This document shows positions 7,859 to 17,578 of a stretch of 64,000 bases of DNA, in pieces; position 1 is the stretch's first letter, and each line of letters opens with the position of its first letter. Source of the stretch: Lentisphaeria bacterium. GTDB taxonomy: Bacteria > Verrucomicrobiota > Lentisphaeria > Oligosphaerales > CAITYL01. Position numbers and translations under genes: made by a program. Location: assembly GCA_041648735.1 (NCBI GenBank), contig JBAZOO010000005.1, positions 1,862 to 65,861 of the forward strand, given 5' to 3'. The notes beneath the pieces are model-generated. The model made no database searches and had not been told where the DNA came from. It was given only the letters and a program-made list of their open reading frames with translations.

Positions 7859-10383
7859 GGCCGGATAACATAGTTCCGGCGCGTCAACCCGGTGGTGGCG
7901 GGCGCGAGCAGGGTTGGCACTTCCGCGGGGGAGGTTGCCTGGCGGATGCGGTCGAAGGCGGGGGCGGCCAGCACCAGCTTGGCAATGTCCGCCAGCGCCT
8001 GGAGATGGCGTTCGGGCGGCAGGGCGGCGGGGCTGAGGAGCACGAAGATGGCATAGGCGGGGTTGGCGAGGTCGGGGAATTCGAGTTCGTGCTGGGCGAC
8101 CCCGAGCAGCACCACCGGTTCCGCCAACCCTTCGCCATGGGTGTGCATGAGGACGACGCCGGGGGTGATTTCCAGGGTGCCGGCCGCCAGCTTGGCCGCC
8201 AGTCCGGCGGCGTCGGTCGCCGCGCCGTCCGCGCCGCGCCAGTTGCCGCCGCGGCTTGCCAGGAAGTCGCCCAGCATCTCGGTGATGGCTTCCTGGGCGG
8301 TGGGCGCCGCCAGTCCCAGGCGCAGGTTTTCCGGCTGCACCGGGAAGCCGGCCGGGATTGCGGGCGCCTCCTCGCCGGCGCCGGCCGGGGTTTCGGGCGG
8401 ATAGGCCACCACCACGCCCGCCGCCGGGGCGGTGCGCGCCAGCCGCTGGGGCAGCCGATCCGTGCCTGGCAGCCAGGCGAGGCTGCCTTTGCGGCAGCTC
8501 ACCAGGAAGAGCAGGTCGTTCTCCCCAAGCTGCAGCTTCGCCAGTTCCTTCCAGAGCTGCGACCAGACCTCCAGGGTGACGAGCCGCGGCCGTTCGGGCC
8601 CCTCCACCTTCACGTGCCGCCGCACGCCGGGCAAGTCTGGCGCCAGGCCGACGATGGTCAGATGCAGCCCGCCTTGGCGTACCAGGGTCACAGCCGTGCG
8701 CAGCACCTCCGCGAACCCCGCCATCCGGATGGCCAGCGGCGGGACGAGCAGCACCAGCCGCTTCAGGGTCGCCACTGGATGGCCAAGCCGGCAGACCAGC
8801 AGCATTTCCGGGCTTTCCAGGAGCACCCGGTCCAGGATGCGGCCGAAGACGACCTGGGGGGCGAAGGCGGTGCCGCTGTTCCAGCCGATGAGCAGGCAGG
8901 TGGCGCGCAGCTCCTTGGCGGCGCGGACGATGGCGGCGGCGATTTCGGGGTCCACGCGGGTTTCGGCGCGCACTGGCACGTCGGCGGCGGCGGCATGGAC
9001 AACGGCTTGGCTGAGGATTTTCTCGGACCGGGCCAGTTCGGCGTCGAGGTCGCCGCTGTCGCTGACGACCGAGAGCGGGTGGATTGGCTGGGCCGAGTGG
9101 CGGTCGCGGAGCATGAAGGCCAGGTCCATGAGGGGGGCGGCGGTGGCGGGGTTGGCCAGGGGCACCAGGATGCGCTGGGGGCGGTGGCCGGCGTGGCCGG
9201 CGCCGGGGAGGGGCTTGGCGAGGGCCAGGCGGCGGGCGGCCCAGTCGGTCGCCCAGGGGCCGATCAGGCAGCTCACCAGGATCATGAGGATGGTGCCGTT
9301 GAGCACGGCGTCGTCCAGCAATCCCAGGCGGTGGCCGACCAGCACCGCCGCCAGGGTCGCCGCCGCCTGGTTGACGGAGAGGCCGAAGACCAGCACCCCC
9401 TGTTCCCGGCTGAAGTTGAAGGCCCATTGGGTGCCCCTGGCGGCGGCGTACTTGGTCGCGAGCACGGTCGCCACCATGGTCCCCGCCACGAGCCACGCCG
9501 CGGCGCCGGCGCGGAAGACCCGCACGTCCACCAGCATGCCGACGGCAAGGAGGAAGAAGGGGATGAACAGGGTGTTGCCGATGAACTGGACGCGGTTCAT
9601 CAGCCGGCTCTGTTCCGGCACCAGGCTGTTGAGCGCCAGCCCGGCCAGGAAGGCGCCGATGATTGCCTCCAGCCCGGCGGCCTCGGAGAGCAGCGCGACC
9701 ACCAGCAGCGAGGCGAAGAGGAAGAGGAACTCCGGCGCGTCCTCCGCCGCCAGGTTGCGGTAGAACCAGCGGCCGAGCCGCGGCAGTAGCCAGACGCTGG
9801 CCAGCACCAGTCCGCCGATGCCGAGGAGCAGGCGCAGGCCGTATTGCAGGTCCAGGCTGCCGGCGTGCAGGCGGGCGATGACGGCCAGCACCAGCAGGGC
9901 GAGGCAGTCGGTGATCATGGTGCCGCCGACCGTGGCGGTCACGGCGGGGTCCCGGGCCAGCCCCAGGCGGCTGACCTGGGCATAGGGCAGGAGGGTGTGG
10001 GAGGCGAAGAGGCTGCCCAGCAGGATGGCGCTGGGCCAGCCCATGCCGAGCAGCGCCCGCCCCAGGATGCTCCCCACCAGTTGCGGGATGAGGAAGGTCA
10101 GCATCCCGAAGCCGAACGCCGTCCGCCGGTGCTTGCGGAACTGGATCAGGTCGATCTCCAGCCCGGCGATGAACATGATGTAGAGCAGCCCGACGCTGCC
10201 CAGCAGTTCCACGCCGCCGCCGCGGGCGACCAGGTTGAGCCCCTTGGGGCCGATCACGGTGCCGCAGAGGATCAGCGCCACGATGGCCGGCACCCGCACC
10301 CGGGCCGCCAGCAGCGGCACGATGAGCAGCAGCAATGCCAGGACGGCGAAGACCGCGACGGGATTGGCGATCGGCAAGTCCAT
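7855..10383 (-). CDS. Cation:proton antiporter (Kef/CPA2-like) with cytoplasmic USP-like region and C-terminal PTS-EIIA(type 2)-like domain
   Basis: About 400 aa of TM helices (ILCGTVIGPKGLNLV..., SLLVVALLSEAAGLEAIIGAFLAGLAL). The C-terminus VVLMHTHGEG...AIFVLLSP...HLQALADIAKL resembles EIIA-2. Overlaps the mutL start by 4 nt. Confidence 0.8.
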   Translation of the reverse strand: MDLPIANPVAVFAVLALLLLIVPLLAARVRVPAIVALILCGTVIGPKGLNLVARGGGVELLGSVGLLYIMFIAGLEIDLIQFRKHRRTAFGFGMLTFLIPQLVGSILGRALLGMGWPSAILLGSLFASHTLLPYAQVSRLGLARDPAVTATVGGTMITDCLALLVLAVIARLHAGSLDLQYGLRLLLGIGGLVLASVWLLPRLGRWFYRNLAAEDAPEFLFLFASLLVVALLSEAAGLEAIIGAFLAGLALNSLVPEQSRLMNRVQFIGNTLFIPFFLLAVGMLVDVRVFRAGAAAWLVAGTMVATVLATKYAAARGTQWAFNFSREQGVLVFGLSVNQAAATLAAVLVGHRLGLLDDAVLNGTILMILVSCLIGPWATDWAARRLALAKPLPGAGHAGHRPQRILVPLANPATAAPLMDLAFMLRDRHSAQPIHPLSVVSDSGDLDAELARSEKILSQAVVHAAAADVPVRAETRVDPEIAAAIVRAAKELRATCLLIGWNSGTAFAPQVVFGRILDRVLLESPEMLLVCRLGHPVATLKRLVLLVPPLAIRMAGFAEVLRTAVTLVRQGGLHLTIVGLAPDLPGVRRHVKVEGPERPRLVTLEVWSQLWKELAKLQLGENDLLFLVSCRKGSLAWLPGTDRLPQRLARTAPAAGVVVAYPPETPAGAGEEAPAIPAGFPVQPENLRLGLAAPTAQEAITEMLGDFLASRGGNWRGADGAATDAAGLAAKLAAGTLEITPGVVLMHTHGEGLAEPVVLLGVAQHELEFPDLANPAYAIFVLLSPAALPPERHLQALADIAKLVLAAPAFDRIRQATSPAEVPTLLAPATTGLTRRNYVIRP

Positions 10384-10496
10384 GCGCGGGGCTTTCGGGG
10401 GGCGGTGGGCGGTGGCGGGTGGCGCGATCCTCTCCGCAACCTAACCCCAGCTTGCGGACTCCGCAACCGCCTCCGAAGCCGCGGTTTTCTGCGTTT

Positions 10497-11210
10497 TCAG
10501 CTCTTGCTGGCTTCGGCGCCCTTGCCTTGGAGGAACTGCTTCGCCTCCTGTTCCATGATCAGGCGGATGATCTCCGCGGCGGTCGGGGCCCGGCGGCAGG
10601 CGTCCACGAACTCATTGTCCTGCAAGAGATGGGCGAGGGCGCCCATGAGGTGGAGGTGGAGTTCGATGTTCTGGCAGACGAGCAGGAAGAAGAGGTGTAC
10701 GGGGGCATTGTCCACCGCCTGGAACTCCACCCCTTGGGCACTGCGGCCGACAATGATGATGGCGGGCTCGCGGAGGGTCGGGATCGGGTCGCGCGGATGG
10801 GGGATGGCGATGCCGTGGCCGATGCCGGTGCTGAGCAGTTTTTCCCGGGCCAGCAGGCGCGCCTTGAGATCCTGCACGTCCAGCAGCAGGGTCTTCTTGG
10901 TGATCGGCTCGCACAGCTCCGGGATGACCCCCTCCATGTCGCGGGAGTGCATCTCCAGGATCATCCGGTCTTCCTTGACCAGCCGGCTGACGGGCACCGG
11001 CTGGCGGGCCGGGACGAAGTCGCTGAGCGGCACCACGTCCGGGCCGCTCACCGGGGCCTGGGGGAAGAACAACTGGTCGATCTGGCTGCCGTTGAACCGC
11101 CACTGGCCGCCGATTTTCACGCCTTGGATCTGGCCGGACTTGAGCATCCGCAGAATGGTGCGTTCGTTCACGCGCAGATAATCGGCCAGCTCTTTCAGGG
11201 TCAAAATCAT
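10497..11210 (-). CDS. Excisionase/MerR-type HTH domain fused to PTS EIIA type-2 (EIIA-Ntr-like) domain
   Basis: N-terminus LTLKELADYLRVNERTILRMLKSGQIQGVKIGGQWRF. C-terminus STGIGHGIAIPHPRD...HLFFLLVCQ...HLHLMGALAHLL. Confidence 0.75.
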   Translation of the reverse strand: MILTLKELADYLRVNERTILRMLKSGQIQGVKIGGQWRFNGSQIDQLFFPQAPVSGPDVVPLSDFVPARQPVPVSRLVKEDRMILEMHSRDMEGVIPELCEPITKKTLLLDVQDLKARLLAREKLLSTGIGHGIAIPHPRDPIPTLREPAIIIVGRSAQGVEFQAVDNAPVHLFFLLVCQNIELHLHLMGALAHLLQDNEFVDACRRAPTAAEIIRLIMEQEAKQFLQGKGAEASKS

Positions 11211-11265
11211 TGGCCAGTCCTTTCCCGGTGGACAACGTCGCTGTCAGCATTTGTCTATGGTTGGC

Positions 11266-11293
11266 AAAATATCGCCGTTTGGCGGTTTGACAA
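11266..11293 (-). promoter_or_regulatory. Possible sigma70-type promoter for the HTH-EIIA gene
   Basis: Minus strand reads TTGTCA-N16-TATTTT, about 55 nt upstream of the ATG at 11210. Confidence 0.3.
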
Positions 11294-11336
11294 GAGGCGG
11301 CCCCGATTTTTTTTGGCGGCCGCTGTCCTGTCACCT

Positions 11337-13436
11337 TTACGCTTTCCCCAGGGGACGGTTGGCCAGCCCCAGCTCGGCGAGGGCGGCCAGGAAGGTGGCG
11401 GCCAGCAGCCAGGGCCAGAGCGGCCGGCCGAAGCGGGCCAGTTGCAGGTTCCGTCCCTGCTCCGCGGCGGTGCGGGCGGCCAGCACCGGCAGCGGCGCGA
11501 AGCGGGTGGTGAAGGTGTCGAGCCCGGCGTAGTCCAGCTCCGCCTCTTCCGGCGGGGTGTTGACCGCCACCTGGCGCGTGATGCCGTCCCGGCTCACGGT
11601 CCAGATGCCGGGTTCGGAAAAGCCGCTGAGCACGAAAGGTTCGGCGGGCGTCCGGCGGCGGCTGGGCCGGCGGCGGGGCGGGCCGCCGGCGGGTGGCGTC
11701 AGTTCGAAGGTGGCTTCCAGCAGCGGTTCGGCCCAGGGCAGCGCCAGACTGCCGCCGGCAACCGTTTCCAGCGGGGGGTGGAGCCGGGCGGCGGCCGTGC
11801 GGAGGATTTCCTGCTGGAGGATGAGGAAGAACGGGGTCAGGGGGAAGTCCGACCAGCCGCGGTCGGCGGCGACGCTGCCCAGCCAGAGCTGGCCGGTGCC
11901 GTGGGGGAGGCCCACCAGGAAGGGGGTGCGGTCGGGGTATTCCAGCACCGCCTCGGCGGTCGCGGGCAAGTGCCTGAACAGGAGGCGGCGGCTGATGGGG
12001 AAGGTGGGGGGGGCGGCGACGATGCTCCGCAGCCGTTTTTCCACGTCCGTCGGCTGGGTGCGGGGCAGGAGGACGACCGGTTCCGCCGTGGCCGCGGCGC
12101 GCTCCGCGATGCCCAGGCCGGCCAGCACCGCCCAGCCGCGGAACCCCGGATCAACCAGGCCGCCGGCGTCACCGGGGAAGAGCAGGACGGACGAGCCGGC
12201 GGCCAGCAGGGCTTCGACCTTTTGCAGGACGGCCGGCTCGGGTGGCGGCGGATTGCAGAGCACCAGCAGGCAGCCGGGTGGCGGCTCCCGTGCCGCCAGC
12301 TCGGCCCAGGTCAGGGTTTCCAGGCGGAAGCCGGCGGCCTGGCTGGCGGTGCCGCCCGGCTGGATCGCGGCTTCGGCGAAGAGGCTTTCCGCCGGGCGGT
12401 CGCGCACGAGCCAGACCGGGATGCCGGCGTCGCGGGGGAGCACGGCATAGTGGCGGTTGTCGGGGGCGAAGGCGTCGTCGCCGAGGCGGATGGTCGCCGC
12501 GACGGCGGTGCCGGTGTCGGGGGTGGCGCCATGCAGGATGAGGGTTTGCCGTTCCCCTGGCGGTGCGGGGGGCGCGGGGCGCGTGTCCTGTTCGCTGCCG
12601 TTGAACAGCAGGGTGGCGCTCACCGTGCCGTCCCAGTCCGGGGTGGTCGCGATCTGGACGGTTGCCCGGACCGGTTCGGCGGCGAAGGCGGCGGCGGGCT
12701 GGAAGCTGGCTTGGCGGATGCCGGCGTTGGCAATTGCCTCCGGCCGGACCTGGTTGAGGAAGAGCAGCGGCTGCCGGCGGCGCAGCCGTTCCGCCAGGGT
12801 TGGCAGCCGATCCAGGGGCCAGGAGCTTTGCTGGAAATCGCTGCAGACATGGATTTCCAGGTCACGCGGCTCCAGCCCGGCCGGGGGTGTCTCCAGCCAG
12901 TTGGCGAGGGAGGTGGCGAAATCGGCCTGGATCTGGCCGGGGGCGAGGGCGGCCAAGGCGGCGCGGAGCTTGGCCTTGTCGGCGGTGGGGGGGAGCACGA
13001 CGGCCGGTTCGGGCAGGCCCGGGACGAGAAGGGCCGCCTTGTCGGACTCGCCCAGGGAGGCGAGCACGGTTTCCGCCCGCTGCCGGGCCAGGTCGAAGGC
13101 GCTTTCGGCGCCGTGGCGGAACTGCATGCTGGCGCTGGCGTCCAGGATGATCAGGGCGGTTCGCTGCTGGCCGCCGCCGCCGCCGGCCCGGGGCAAGGCC
13201 AGTTTGGGCTGGGCGAAGGCCAAGGCGAGGCAGAGCAGGATGAGCACCCGCAAGCTCAGCAGCAGCAGTTGGGTCAGCCGGCGGGAGTGGCGGGTGCGCA
13301 CCACCGCCTCCCGCAGGAAACGGAGCGTGCTGAACGGCACCGCCCGCGGCTTGCGCCGCCAGAGCAGGTGCAGGCCGACGGGGACCAGCGCCGCCGCCGC
13401 CGCCAACAGGAGCCATGGTGCGAGAAACACGGGCAT
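11337..13436 (-). CDS. BatA-like protein: N-terminal double-transmembrane domain plus vWA-like (MIDAS DxSxS) region
   Basis: MPVFLAPWLLLAAAAALVPVGLHLLWRRKPRAVPFSTLRFL is the aerotolerance BatA-type N-terminus. ALIILDASASM is MIDAS-like. C-terminal TM helix. Confidence 0.65.
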   Translation of the reverse strand: MPVFLAPWLLLAAAAALVPVGLHLLWRRKPRAVPFSTLRFLREAVVRTRHSRRLTQLLLLSLRVLILLCLALAFAQPKLALPRAGGGGGQQRTALIILDASASMQFRHGAESAFDLARQRAETVLASLGESDKAALLVPGLPEPAVVLPPTADKAKLRAALAALAPGQIQADFATSLANWLETPPAGLEPRDLEIHVCSDFQQSSWPLDRLPTLAERLRRRQPLLFLNQVRPEAIANAGIRQASFQPAAAFAAEPVRATVQIATTPDWDGTVSATLLFNGSEQDTRPAPPAPPGERQTLILHGATPDTGTAVAATIRLGDDAFAPDNRHYAVLPRDAGIPVWLVRDRPAESLFAEAAIQPGGTASQAAGFRLETLTWAELAAREPPPGCLLVLCNPPPPEPAVLQKVEALLAAGSSVLLFPGDAGGLVDPGFRGWAVLAGLGIAERAAATAEPVVLLPRTQPTDVEKRLRSIVAAPPTFPISRRLLFRHLPATAEAVLEYPDRTPFLVGLPHGTGQLWLGSVAADRGWSDFPLTPFFLILQQEILRTAAARLHPPLETVAGGSLALPWAEPLLEATFELTPPAGGPPRRRPSRRRTPAEPFVLSGFSEPGIWTVSRDGITRQVAVNTPPEEAELDYAGLDTFTTRFAPLPVLAARTAAEQGRNLQLARFGRPLWPWLLAATFLAALAELGLANRPLGKA

Positions 13437-13517
13437 GCGCGTACCATAGCCACAAAAAAGCCGGGAGGCGGGGGCCTCCCGGCTTGGGTGGTGGGTGGGG
13501 CGGCGTCCAGCCGCGGA

Positions 13518-16310
13518 TCAGTAGCGGAAGTCGGGGATTCCGCGGACTTCGCTGCTGCGCATCGGCAGGCCGGAGGGATAGACCAGGCGCGGCGTGACGA
13601 AGATCAGGAGGTTGTATTTCTCCTTGTTCTTGCCGGAGGAGTGGAAGAGGCGGCCGATGAGGGGGAGGTCGCCGAGGAGCGGCACCTTGTCCTTGTAGGT
13701 GGTCTCCCGCTCGCCGATGAAGCCGCCGAGGACGACGGTCTCGCCGTCCCAGACGATCACGTTGGTCTCGACGGTGCGTTCGTCGAAGATCGGCATGTTG
13801 TAGAGCCACTCACTCTCCACCGCACCAGTCTCCGAATTTATCCGGCGAGGGCTGTTCAGGGAGGTGTCATAGCCGAGGAACTCGCGGACTTCCGGCTTCA
13901 GTTCGAGGCTGATGGAGTACTTGTCGGCGCCGACGACCGGGGTGACGGTGAGGATCACGCCGACGTCGGTGGCCTCGTCGTCAAACTGCGGTTCGGCGGC
14001 GGGGAGTTCAACGACTGTCGTACCAGTGCCGGTTCCACCACCGACGTTGACGTCCGGGTTTTCCCAGGAGGAGACGAACCTCTGGCGCTTGGCCTTGCGC
14101 AGGACGGCGGTCTTGCCGCTGATGGTGGTGACCTTGGGCGCGGAGAGGATGTCGGCCGAGCCGCTCTGGCTGAGGGCGTCCATGACCACCGAGAAGTCGG
14201 CGTCGCCGATGATGGCGCGGCCGTTGAGGATGGAAGTGGCCAAGGAGGTGGGGAGGCCGAGGCCGGTGGTCGCGCTGCGCAGGCCGGAGGTGATGGTGCT
14301 GGGGTTCATGACGCCGGTGGTGGTGCCGCGGATGAGCTTGCCGGTCTCGGCGAACGGGACCAGCACGGGGTTACCGGTGATCGGGTCGATTGCCGATCCG
14401 GGGACGCTGGAGCTTCCGATGTTGTTGTTCAGGGTCCACTGGAAACCGAACATGTCGAGGTTCTTCATGGAGACCTCGACGAACTTCGCCTCGATCGTCA
14501 CCTGTGGGGTGGGGGTGTTGACTTCCAGCATGAGATCCTCGAACTTGCGCAACTGCTCGGGGGTGTTGCGCACGACCAGCTTGCTGGTGCGGGGGTTGAA
14601 GGAGACGCTGGCGCCACGGGGGAACTCGACGCCCATGCCGCTGAAGAATCCCATCAGGCGGGCGCTGTCGTTCACCATCCCTTCGCCGCCGCCGCCGCCG
14701 ACTTCCTGGGCGGCTTCACCGCCGAGGCCGCCGAGCCCCGTGGCGGTGGTTTTCTGGGCGAAGACCTCGATCACGCCGGGCTCGATCGGGAAGAAGCGGG
14801 TCTCCATGGGATCCAGCTCGACGCTCTTGTCGGCGATCACCACGGCGTGGGTTTCGATGCGGTACTTCAGGCCGGCCGCCTGGCAGACATACTGCAGCGC
14901 CGAGCCGAGCGGGACGTTGGTGATGCTCATGGTGACGGTGCGGCTGGTGACGGGGGGCAGCGCCGCCATTGCCGCGGGGGCGGGGGCGGGCTCCAATTCG
15001 CCAAAGCCGACTCCGGGTTCAGCGCCAAACTCGGGGGCGGGGGCGGGGGCGGCGGGTTCCAGGCGGGGGGCGGTGCCGGCGGGGGCGGTTTCCTGGTGGA
15101 AGATGATGTTGACGCCTTCGCCGGTCTCCTTGTCATAGTCCTTGCTCATCTTGCGGAGATAGGCGACCACTTGCGGGATGGTGGCCTCCTCGAATTCGAG
15201 CGACGGGACGATGATGGTCTGGAGCTTGGCGCGGATGCCGGAGAGCTTGCCGACGCCCTCGAGCCCCGGCCCTTCGGGCTGGGCGCGCGGCACCGGCACC
15301 GGCTCGACCCAGGACCAGCGGGTCTTGGCCATGCGCTCCTTGATCGTGGTTTCGCGGCGGGCGTCGCCGGCCTCTTCCATCTTGACGTAGAGCTGGCGCA
15401 GGGCGCGGGTGGCGGTGGGGTGGTAGGGGTCGCGGAGCAGGACGCGCTCGAACATGTCGCGGGCGTCGCTGTAGCGGCGGTTGGCCATCAGCACCTTGCC
15501 CTGTTCGACCATGGTCTCGAGGCTGGTCTCGCGCTCCGGCTTTTCCGGGTCGATGTAGGCTTCGGCGGTCGCGGCGCGGAACTTGATGTCGCGCTTGGCG
15601 GCGAACATCTCCTTGATCCGCGCGTCCATCTCCGTCTGCATTTTCGGATTGGCCTTTGCGGCCTCGTCGCAGCGGCGGATCGCTTCGTCGTACTTGCCTT
15701 CGTCGGCGAACTTTTCCCCCTGCCGCTCCAGGTCGTCGGCCCAGGCCGCGTAGACGTCACCCTTGGCTTCGACGATCTTGCCGTGCCGGGCGAGGACCGC
15801 CTTGTCGCTGCTGCTGACCTTGGACCAGGCGGCGTCCGCCTGGGCATACTTTTCCAGGGCATCCTTGTACTGGCCGGCGCGGAGGGCCTTGGCGGCCTCG
15901 GTTTCGAGCTGCTGGGCCTTGAGCCGCTGCTCCTCCCGCTGGATCCGTTCCCGCTGCGATTCCTGTTCCACCACGGAAGCGGCGGCGGTGGGTTCGCCCA
16001 TCGCGGGCGCGACCGTTTCGGCGGCGGCGGGGGCTGTGGCGGGTTCGGCAACTTCGGGCTTGGGGGCCTCGGCGGCGGCGGGAACGGCGGCTTCCGCGGC
16101 CGGCGCTTCGGCGGCCTCGGCTTCAGGGGCGGCTTCCGCGGCCGGCGCGGCGGGGGCTTCGGCTTCAGGAGCGGCGGCCGGTTCCGGCGTCACGGCGGCG
16201 GCGGCTTCCTCTTGCGCTTGGGCGACGGGCAAGGCAAGGAAGAGAAGAGACGCCGCCCCGGTGAGGGAGCAGACGACCAAGTGGCGAATCCACGCACGCT
16301 GGTTTTGCAT
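13518..16310 (-). CDS. pilQ: Secretin (type II/type IV pilus secretin family, PilQ/GspD-like; Amuc_1098-like position)
   Basis: C-terminal secretin signature VPLLGDLPLIGRLFHSSGKNKEKYNLLIFVTPRLV. Signal peptide after MQNQRAWIRHLVV...AQAQ (ATG 16310, AGGAGA RBS). Ala/Glu/Pro-rich and TPR-like N-terminal region. Confidence 0.85.
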   Translation of the reverse strand: MQNQRAWIRHLVVCSLTGAASLLFLALPVAQAQEEAAAAVTPEPAAAPEAEAPAAPAAEAAPEAEAAEAPAAEAAVPAAAEAPKPEVAEPATAPAAAETVAPAMGEPTAAASVVEQESQRERIQREEQRLKAQQLETEAAKALRAGQYKDALEKYAQADAAWSKVSSSDKAVLARHGKIVEAKGDVYAAWADDLERQGEKFADEGKYDEAIRRCDEAAKANPKMQTEMDARIKEMFAAKRDIKFRAATAEAYIDPEKPERETSLETMVEQGKVLMANRRYSDARDMFERVLLRDPYHPTATRALRQLYVKMEEAGDARRETTIKERMAKTRWSWVEPVPVPRAQPEGPGLEGVGKLSGIRAKLQTIIVPSLEFEEATIPQVVAYLRKMSKDYDKETGEGVNIIFHQETAPAGTAPRLEPAAPAPAPEFGAEPGVGFGELEPAPAPAAMAALPPVTSRTVTMSITNVPLGSALQYVCQAAGLKYRIETHAVVIADKSVELDPMETRFFPIEPGVIEVFAQKTTATGLGGLGGEAAQEVGGGGGEGMVNDSARLMGFFSGMGVEFPRGASVSFNPRTSKLVVRNTPEQLRKFEDLMLEVNTPTPQVTIEAKFVEVSMKNLDMFGFQWTLNNNIGSSSVPGSAIDPITGNPVLVPFAETGKLIRGTTTGVMNPSTITSGLRSATTGLGLPTSLATSILNGRAIIGDADFSVVMDALSQSGSADILSAPKVTTISGKTAVLRKAKRQRFVSSWENPDVNVGGGTGTGTTVVELPAAEPQFDDEATDVGVILTVTPVVGADKYSISLELKPEVREFLGYDTSLNSPRRINSETGAVESEWLYNMPIFDERTVETNVIVWDGETVVLGGFIGERETTYKDKVPLLGDLPLIGRLFHSSGKNKEKYNLLIFVTPRLVYPSGLPMRSSEVRGIPDFRY

Positions 16311-16410
16311 CGGTTTTCTCCTGAAGGATGGCTGGCGAGTCATGCTTAACAAGTTTCACACTTTACCGCGTGAAAGGGACAATACAACAATCGGGAAAAC
16401 GTTTGGGGCC

Positions 16411-17574
16411 TTACGGCATTGCGGGCAGCGGATTGGTGAAGATCCCCCGGCGGGCCGCCGCCCGGTAGTCCCGGGCGGGGTCGAGCCGCGGGATCCGGGC
16501 CTCGGGGCCGGGCGTCCCGTCCGCCTTGAGCGTCTGGACAATGACCGTCGGCGGCTCCACGCCTTTGACGACCACCGTCTCCACCGGCGCACTGCCGAGC
16601 CGCAAATCGATCCGGGAGCCCGCCTTCAGTTCGCCGAGCCGTTCGGTCTGGCTAGGATCGGCCGGATTGCGGATGAAGGCGAAATCCACCAGCGACCCCG
16701 CCGCAAAGGCGACTTGGTTGATGCCCAGGGGGTGCGACTCCTCCCCTTCCTTCTGGACCACGACTGCCGATTGATCAATGGTCAGCTTGGCGCCGCGGAT
16801 GGTGGGATGGGGGACTTCCCGGACGTTGGGCTTGACTTCCACCAGCTTGTAGTCGCTGCCTTCGATCATCTGGCCGAGCTGGCCCCAGCGGGTTTTGCCG
16901 CCGACCTCGAACTGGAATTGCCAGTTCTCCACGTTCTCGCCGGTGCGCATCATCTTGCGGAAGACGATGTCCAGCGGGGTCTGGCGGATGTGGAGCCAGC
17001 GGAGGCGGCTGGCGAGGGGGGGGCGGGAGGTGGCCAGGGCCAGGTCGGTGCCGGCCTTGTATTCCTCGAGGTTGGTGAAGCCGTCGTTGTCGGAGTCGCC
17101 CCAGGCGTCCTCGGGGTTCTGGGGGTCGAGGAAGGCGTGCTTCGCCTCGACCTCGTCGGGGATGCCGTCGCCGTCACTGTCGAGGCCGGCGGGGATGGTC
17201 CCCGCCTTTTCTTCGCCCTGGGGGGTGCCGCAATCGGGGCAGATGGCGTACTCGATGGGGACGAGGTAGGCGCAGGCGGCATTGGCGCAGCGGATGTAGC
17301 GGTAGGGGTCGAAAAGGCCGCCGGCGGTGGGATCGGTGGCGGGGTTCCAGAAATGGCTTTTGTCGGCCAGCAGCGCGCTGTTGTCCAAGGCGGCCGGATC
17401 CAGCGGCGTGAACGGCCTCTTGCGCTGGAAATCGGAACCCAGGCTGCCGGTGGCGCCGGTGACCTTGGCGTCGGTGGCCCCGAGGTTGCGCCAGACCAGC
17501 ACGCAGAGTCCGAGCATGGCGACGAGAAACAGCCCGAGCACGACCTTCTCGTAATGTCTCTTCAAGAATTCCAA
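16411..17574 (-). CDS. Pilus-cluster membrane-anchored protein with zinc-ribbon-like CxxC...CxxC and Asp-rich (thrombospondin type 3-like) repeats
   Basis: N-terminal anchor MEFLKRHYEKVVLGLFLVAMLGL. CANAACAYLVPIEYAICPDCG. DSDGDGIPDEVE and DSDNDGFTNLEEY. Confidence 0.5.
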   Translation of the reverse strand: MEFLKRHYEKVVLGLFLVAMLGLCVLVWRNLGATDAKVTGATGSLGSDFQRKRPFTPLDPAALDNSALLADKSHFWNPATDPTAGGLFDPYRYIRCANAACAYLVPIEYAICPDCGTPQGEEKAGTIPAGLDSDGDGIPDEVEAKHAFLDPQNPEDAWGDSDNDGFTNLEEYKAGTDLALATSRPPLASRLRWLHIRQTPLDIVFRKMMRTGENVENWQFQFEVGGKTRWGQLGQMIEGSDYKLVEVKPNVREVPHPTIRGAKLTIDQSAVVVQKEGEESHPLGINQVAFAAGSLVDFAFIRNPADPSQTERLGELKAGSRIDLRLGSAPVETVVVKGVEPPTVIVQTLKADGTPGPEARIPRLDPARDYRAAARRGIFTNPLPAMP

Positions 17575-17578
17575 GGGG

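Noticed and set aside
6047-9496. The 1149-aa minus-strand ORF, and likewise the 704-aa ORF 22791-24905 and the 636-aa ORF 56057-57967, taken at face value.
   Set aside because: Only the 3' portions are real genes (mutL from 7858, jag from 23573, pepP from 57217). The upstream parts are Pro/Arg-rich read-through overlapping other genes in a different frame.
10335-16349. Very long plus-strand ORF (2004 aa). Similar giants lie at 39158-45451 (2097 aa), 47601-50525, 6083-7873 and 33008-35437.
   Set aside because: They lie antisense to well-supported genes (secretin, uxaA/uxaB/EBP/AsnA-like, recD2, mutL). Their translations are Gly/Ala/Arg/Asp-rich low-complexity strings with no motifs. They are stop-poor shadows typical of high-GC DNA.
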